Assembly (NCBI RefSeq): GCF_000143415.4
Contig: NW_003314272.1
Span: forward strand, 840,184 to 904,183
Length of the DNA: 64,000 bases
Source: Selaginella moellendorffii
Taxonomy: Eukaryota; Plantae; Lycopodiophyta
Direction of reading: 5' to 3'
Below are positions 58,150 through 64,000 of the stretch, in pieces (position 1 is the first letter of the stretch; every line of letters begins with the position of its first letter). The translations under genes and the position numbers were made by a program. The notes beneath the pieces are model-generated. The model saw nothing but the letters and a program-made list of their open reading frames with translations, searched no databases and was not told where the DNA came from.

Positions 58150-60900
58150 ACTTAGAAATATAGTTTGGTCGAAGGATGTTCCAAGATAGAATGTCACCTT
58201 GTAAAGGGGCAACCCATTAGGCAAGTCAAAGAACTTGAGATTGATGTTGAAGGTATTGTTCATTCCCAATCCTCACATCCATTTATGGAACATAAAGACT
58301 CTCGATTCACATCGTTGGGAAGTTGAGAGTAGTCCCCAATAACTATTTCCACATTGCCAACACTTCCTATAGGAGAAAGAGGGCAAACTTAAATAGTGTT
58401 CAAAACCAAGAAGTATTAAAGTTAATACATGTTTTATTTCATACTTGTTTGTGTGAAGCCAATGAAGACAACTCTTAGAGGTCATCCTTTGTAGCAATGG
58501 GGAGGGATGGAAAAAATGCATTTGTACATCAGCATATAGAGTGCTAGCTATTTTCTTTGACATCTACAATCAAATTACAATAAGCAAGGTCATTGGAAAT
58601 CAAGTTCTTACTCTCTTGAACATCCTCGGTATGGAGTTGTCTTCGTACATTTCAAGCTGTTGGGGCTGGACGAGCAGTGGCAATAGAACCTGGGGAATGA
58701 GCAACTGTAGTAGGATGAGATGGGGCAAGAGAGTTTTCAATTGGGTTCTCCACTTGTCCCTCTTCGGTTTGCTCAATATGAATCTCCTCCTTGTCCTAAA
58801 GCATCTCCACTCCCTCCAAAAGTGCCTCTACAATAAAGTAGAAACATAAATTACTGCAAGGAAGTTTTACTCATCAAACCTAGATGACACTTGAGGTAGA
58901 GATCAAGCTCAAAAGGTGACAATGGCATTTGCCTCCACAACTCCAAGTACTATGGACAAAATTCTCACTCCCATGCAATGGTACAATGGAACTCCAACTC
59001 ATACATGCTAAGCTTCTTTCTATTAGTTAAGAGCTTGAGAAAAACACTTGCTATGTATACTAGATCACCTGGGCAATGATTTAAACAGCTACAAAAGAGC
59101 CATGATTAAATAAGCAAGTCAATTTCTTGCAATATATCTATATGCCATGTGGCGTGAGAAAAATGGTTGGCCTGGCTAGTTCTTGAACCCCATGGAGCAT
59201 AAGCTACCATCAGGAAGCCATCCATCCCCAAGCTCTTGAAAGAAAGTTTGGACATATTCCTAAAGTTTTATGCCAATGCGAGCATTGGTAAGAAACTTCG
59301 TATCCCATGCTTGAAGTAGCTTCTCAGTAGCCACAATACTCTGAGTGATATAAAGTTTCTCCTTCATCACATTCTCAAGCTTGCTCTCTAGCTTCATGTT
59401 ATTGTTACAATGCCAAGTATTGAAGAACTCCAAGTAAAAGTTCATTGAAGGAGAGCTTTATTTTTGTGATGTTATAGATCAATTCTTCAGGTGCTTTACC
59501 ATTTTTTACAAGGACAAGAATTTCAAAGTGGAATGAGAAAGATAAAAGAGACTTACTACTATGAGAGTATATCTTTGCAATATAATCTAGCTAATCTTTA
59601 TCGCATTTTATATCCACAATCACAAGTAGCTTCTTCACCTTTAACTTCTTCAAGTTCAAAATATGCAGCTCAATTTGTCACAGTTTAAGGTTCTTTTGCC
59701 CCTCATCGCATAATTTTCAGGTATGAGTTTTGCTCTACCTTGACAATTGGCTAAAAGGAAAACTTGTATATAGAAAACACAAGTTCATGCAAGAGAAGAA
59801 TACCTTTGCCCAAACCGCAACCAAAAAATCCATAGGCACTTGATACCAAGTAAACAACTCTTAGCCTTTACGTGTTACAAGCTTTGCTTAAACTACTTCT
59901 ATAACCTCACAACTATATAGCATCTGGATTTCTCAAGAGAGAGCATACCAACATATCGAAGGTGCTCGATATCATGAACAAGGTATGTGCTTGGAAAGCA
60001 AACTGATTAAACCTGTAATATAAGTGGTGAGAACAAAGGCTACTAATAAGGGATTCTTACATGTTGATCTTGTGACATTCCAAGTTGAGCCTCCAGGTTG
60101 GTTTTGATCCTCTACCTCCACAAGTATCACTAGAACACAAATATATTACTTATCATCATCTTGGAACTTCTCTTGGATATCCTCCAAAACACTAGCCACT
60201 GGTGGTTTCCATCAATAATGAAGAATAGCTAGCCTACAAAGGCTTATGTCTCCTTGTAGCACACCATCAAAATATCAAACTCTTGAGATTTCCTTTGTTA
60301 TATCTAATCCCAAGTCTACTTGATCTTGTGAGTAACCATGTCTATGCAATTTGTTCTAGGGAATGATGATGACACAATAAATGATCCACCAGTGTGCCCA
60401 AGTCCAACCTCTGTGAAAGAGGTATAAATAGCCATGTTGAGGTTGTAGGCTAAGTGCATCCAATGACTCTGCTTGAGACAGCAAAGTGGAATTTGAAGAT
60501 TTTGGGATCCTTTCCAACCTATTTCACCTAACACGTTGTTGATAGGTCATTCTTGAGCCTGGACAATAGTCTCACGTACTCGCTCATTCAAGATCATATC
60601 AGCCTCTAGCATAGTTACCACCTCATTTTTATAACCTTCAACACTAGTGATATGTTTGCCATTTCTACCACTAAGATCTACCCCACCACCTATGGCACCA
60701 GGTGTTGCATTTTCACCACCACCACCAACTTCTCCTATGCTATAGGTAGGTTTTGCATTTCCACGCTCTCTAGAACCATATGGCTTTTGCATGTTGACAT
60801 CTAGATCAGGATCAACCATTACTTAGATTTGGACACCACTGCTCCCACTATGGTTTTCCTCTGAAAAAACTCCTTGAACTTGTGAAGTGTTCTTAGTGAA
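58150..60900 (-). mobile_element. Degenerate hAT-like transposase remnant
   Basis: In the expected order on the minus strand: IGWK (DGW-like, ~60515), AHTL (~59985), ELARP (~59175), LLS..S..CE.R.F dimerisation-like motif (~58310). Confidence 0.5.
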
Positions 60901-61034
60901 TCTAGCACAATGATCTAGTCTTTTTCCTAGAGAACAGGTCTATTAAGGTTGACCAGCACGCTTCTTTTGTTATGGCATGATTTATGTGTTTACATAAAAA
61001 TGACAAAAACACTTGAGTAAACATTTAAAAAACA

Positions 61035-61360
61035 TTGGGAAGAAAAAATAGGAGTGATTTCTTTAGCACTGGATAGATTAATTCACCACTGAACCAATCT
61101 TCTAGCACCAAGGGAACAAAAGAAAAAAAAAAAGGAGCACCTCCCTTAGTGCTAGGAAGATCAATTTAGCAGTGAACTAATCTTTCAACACCAAGGGAAT
61201 AAAAAAATAGAAAAAAAGGAATAGTTCCCTTAGCACTAGGAAGATCCATTCACTACTGAAATAATCTTAAAGCACCAAGAGAATAACAAGAAAAAAAAAA
61301 GCCCAAAATTTGATGTGTTGGGAAGATCGGTTTACCGCCAAACCGATCATTCCAGCAAGA
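61035..61360. repeat. Three to four imperfect ~80-85-bp tandem repeats with A-tracts
   Basis: CTTAG(C/T)(A/G)CT.G.AAGAT...CTGAA..AATCTT...CACCAAG.GAA.AAAA units. Confidence 0.75.
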
Positions 61361-61806
61361 AGAAGCTATGAGATGCAAGTTGTTGGCAAGCTAGGAGCAA
61401 GAGATAAGGAGATGGAAAAGCAGTAGGTAGGGAGATTGAGAGGCATACCTCGATTGAGGAGTGTCTTTCTAGTGTCTTGAAGAGCATCTAACGTCTAAAT
61501 TGAGGAGCATCTTGAAGCACATTGCGAGATTCAAGTGCTTTTCTCTCACCCTTCCTTGCTCAAACCCTAGCCATAAAACCCTAAAAATTAACGGTCACGA
61601 TCAATAGTCACAATCAATAGTCATGATCAATGGTTATGATTTTCATTCAGCAATTGCTTCCTAGATTCTAGTGATAAGTCAATTTTTTAACAGTACTTTA
61701 ATTTCCCAAATGGTAGGATATATTTATTGAATAAATCCACTATAAACATAGATTTGACATGTTCTTTCCAAGGACACAATCATTCAATACTTTAGATATT
61801 AAAATA

Positions 61807-62178
61807 TGTGTAATTGATTGTGAGATGTTGAAATGAATGGGGTTATAAGCAAGAGGTGTTGATTAATCACGAGTTGTAACATTGATAACTTGTTCTCCCT
61901 CTCATCTTCCCTTCAAGAGAGTTTTTTTGTGACAAGTGAGAAAGAGGTGAGAGTGATAAATGAGATAAGTGAGAGAAAAAACTGCTTATGAACCAACCTC
62001 TCTAAGCTTGGCTCTCTCTCACTTGTCACAAAAGAATGAAACTCTCTTGAAGGGAAGAGAACATGGAGATGAGAGAAGAACAAATTATCAACACTACAAC
62101 TCTCGTGATTAATCAGCACCTCTCGCTCATAACCCCATTCATTTCAACAGTATTATTCCTTTCACAATCAATTATACA
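61807..62178. mobile_element. Fold-back/MITE-like long inverted repeat
   Basis: Arms about 61807-61945 and 62013-62178 are reverse complements with a few indels; loop about 65 nt. Confidence 0.85.
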
Positions 62179-63046
62179 ATTAATATGGGTGGCTCTTTAA
62201 GATTTTCATATATCTCTAGATTCTTAACAGTTATATATTTTGTTAAAATAATTAACTCATCCTTTGTAAGGACATAGCTAATTAAAGTTCACAATATAGA
62301 AGAATATCTTTATTCTTTCTTCTAAGTTTCTCCTTAAATGTTTTCTAAATGCTTGAGCAAGGAGAAGATATAAGAGAATTTAGTTCGATCAAAAGCCTCC
62401 AATTTTTTAATTTAAGAGTGTTATTGGAAAGGGCTTCCTTTGCAAAAGATTTAAGCTAAAGCCAAGATCAGTTAGTTTGGAGAATATATATCACAATAAG
62501 GGTAAGCAAATAGAGAAATCCATTATTCTCGGTAGTGTTGTGGGAAAGAATGGGATTTAGTGGGATCTTGATAGATGTATAAGTTAGGAGGTTCTAATTG
62601 TAGAATCTTCGAAGTGAGGAGAGGAGAAGATATCAATTTCATAGCCAATTGCATAAGGAGTGAAGGATGAAGTTGTTATTCTCTCTAGCAATGAAAATAA
62701 AGAAGATGAGTTTTTAGACTTCCATATAAGGAGGTGCATTCTTTCTAAATTGGTTTTTGATACAATAAATAAGGCATTTTGGCAATCTTAATCATTATGG
62801 CTGAAATTGAAGGAGTTTGAGTACATGAAAGGTGAGGAGCTTTTGTCTTCCTATAATGGAAATATATACTTCAAATTTCCACTGGCCAGTTCATCAAACA
62901 AGAAGAAGGGCATGGAGACACATCTTGATCCACATAATTAGTGTAGAGTAAAGACGACCAATTTATCCCATTTTGACAGATCCATGTCTATAGTCCATTG
63001 TGGTGGACAACTTGAGTGTATCATTGAGAAATACATTTCTAATCAT

Positions 63047-63580
63047 GTATAGTGCACGTGGTTTTTACCCTTTACCCTATGGTGATTTACCATAAAATAA
63101 CCATGAAGCAAAATGTAAACCCTTCATATGCCATATGTCGCATGCCACATGTCCTAAGGACAGTGGTGTGGAACCCAAGTTTTAGGGCATTAGGCCATTG
63201 AATGAGAACGGAGCCAAACTCCTAAACATGGAGCTAAAGAGCAAAAAAACTGGAGCATGGAGTGACTCCCAAGTGTTTAGCTCAAGAAGCAAAAGGATAG
63301 GAGTACGGAGTGACTTGGAATAGTCCTAGAGCATCTAGCATCCCAATGCTAGGACCAACACGCAAAATGGAGCCAAATGGAGTCTGACGCTATTTCAGCA
63401 TCCGGGGGCTTAACACAAGGATATATGTACTCCACCAATTGGTATGGTGTGAAATTTGGGTTTAGACCTAAGCCAAACGCAAAACAAGGATAAACAGGAG
63501 CTAAGCTATGCCTCAGGTTAGTTAGCCATACCCAACCTACCCACTATCCCTACTATATATTTGGAACCCCCCACAGCCAT
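63047..63580. mobile_element. LTR-C fragment
   Basis: Left part is the reverse complement of 9410-9663; right part resembles LTR-A at about 560-700 (CCACTATCCCTACTATA..TTTGGAACCCCCCACAGC). Confidence 0.75.
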
Positions 63581-63682
63581 CTGTAAGGAACCAACTCCCT
63601 GAGGTGTCAAATGCTAAAGGATCCCTGAAAGCATGACCAAAATGATAAAGAATTCATCGGATGAAACTGAGTCCAAGATCAA

Positions 63683-64000
63683 GTAAGCAACTAATTTTTC
63701 CATTCTACTTTAGTCACTTAACCGCACCTTCGACCACTTGGAGGAGTCTCATTCATAACTTCCATAAGTCCCATTCAGGACTTGGGGCTTGCTAGCCCTG
63801 AGAATGGCATCCATGCCACTCAACCTTTGCACTTGGTCCAAGTGCTCTATGTGTCTGAACCCATGACCGACACCCCAAGGTACCACCAACCTCTCAGCCT
63901 GTTACGCTAAGGACCTTGGTCACACTAGTGGTCCAACACCACCTGCATCGCAGTCCCGTCTCTCAAAGATTAGGCCATCCGTCTATGGGTGATCATCCCA
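63683..64000. mobile_element. Start of another LTR-B copy, running off the window
   Basis: GTAAGCAACTAATTTTTCCATTCTACTTTAGTCAC colinear with 52864 onward. Confidence 0.88.

Overview
Plant nuclear DNA, most consistent with a lycophyte such as Selaginella. This is inferred from 50-110 nt GT-AG introns, very short intergenic spacers, GC-rich exons and arrays of 31-aa SS-type PPR motifs. A dense gene island (about 11.5-42.2 kb) lies between two transposon-rich blocks. The left block (1-10.3 kb) holds a full-length but mutated Ty3/gypsy chromovirus with two LTRs, PBS, PPT and a 4-bp TSD, nested in an LTR of a second family (called LTR-B here), plus further LTR fragments. The gene island contains DWA2/EIPR1 and a partial pseudogene copy, a GT37 fucosyltransferase, an HPPD-like gene, a CFL1-like WW protein, ELF4-like, AAE3, two tandem PLS-E PPR genes, gamma-carbonic anhydrase, CDI, NAA20, an intronless fungal-type kinase-like gene, HDA8 and NDUFA7/B14.5a. 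The right block (42.3-64 kb) has decayed LTRs, an L1-type LINE split by a young solo LTR, gypsy and hAT remnants and a fold-back element. The two most interesting observations are (1) an intact HPPD homologue that lacks two of its three iron ligands and is fused to a small conserved plant motif, and (2) a Crinkler-like nuclease-fold/kinase ORF starting 36 bp after the NAA20 stop within a tight run of four co-oriented genes. All family assignments come from recognising motifs by eye; no database search was run.
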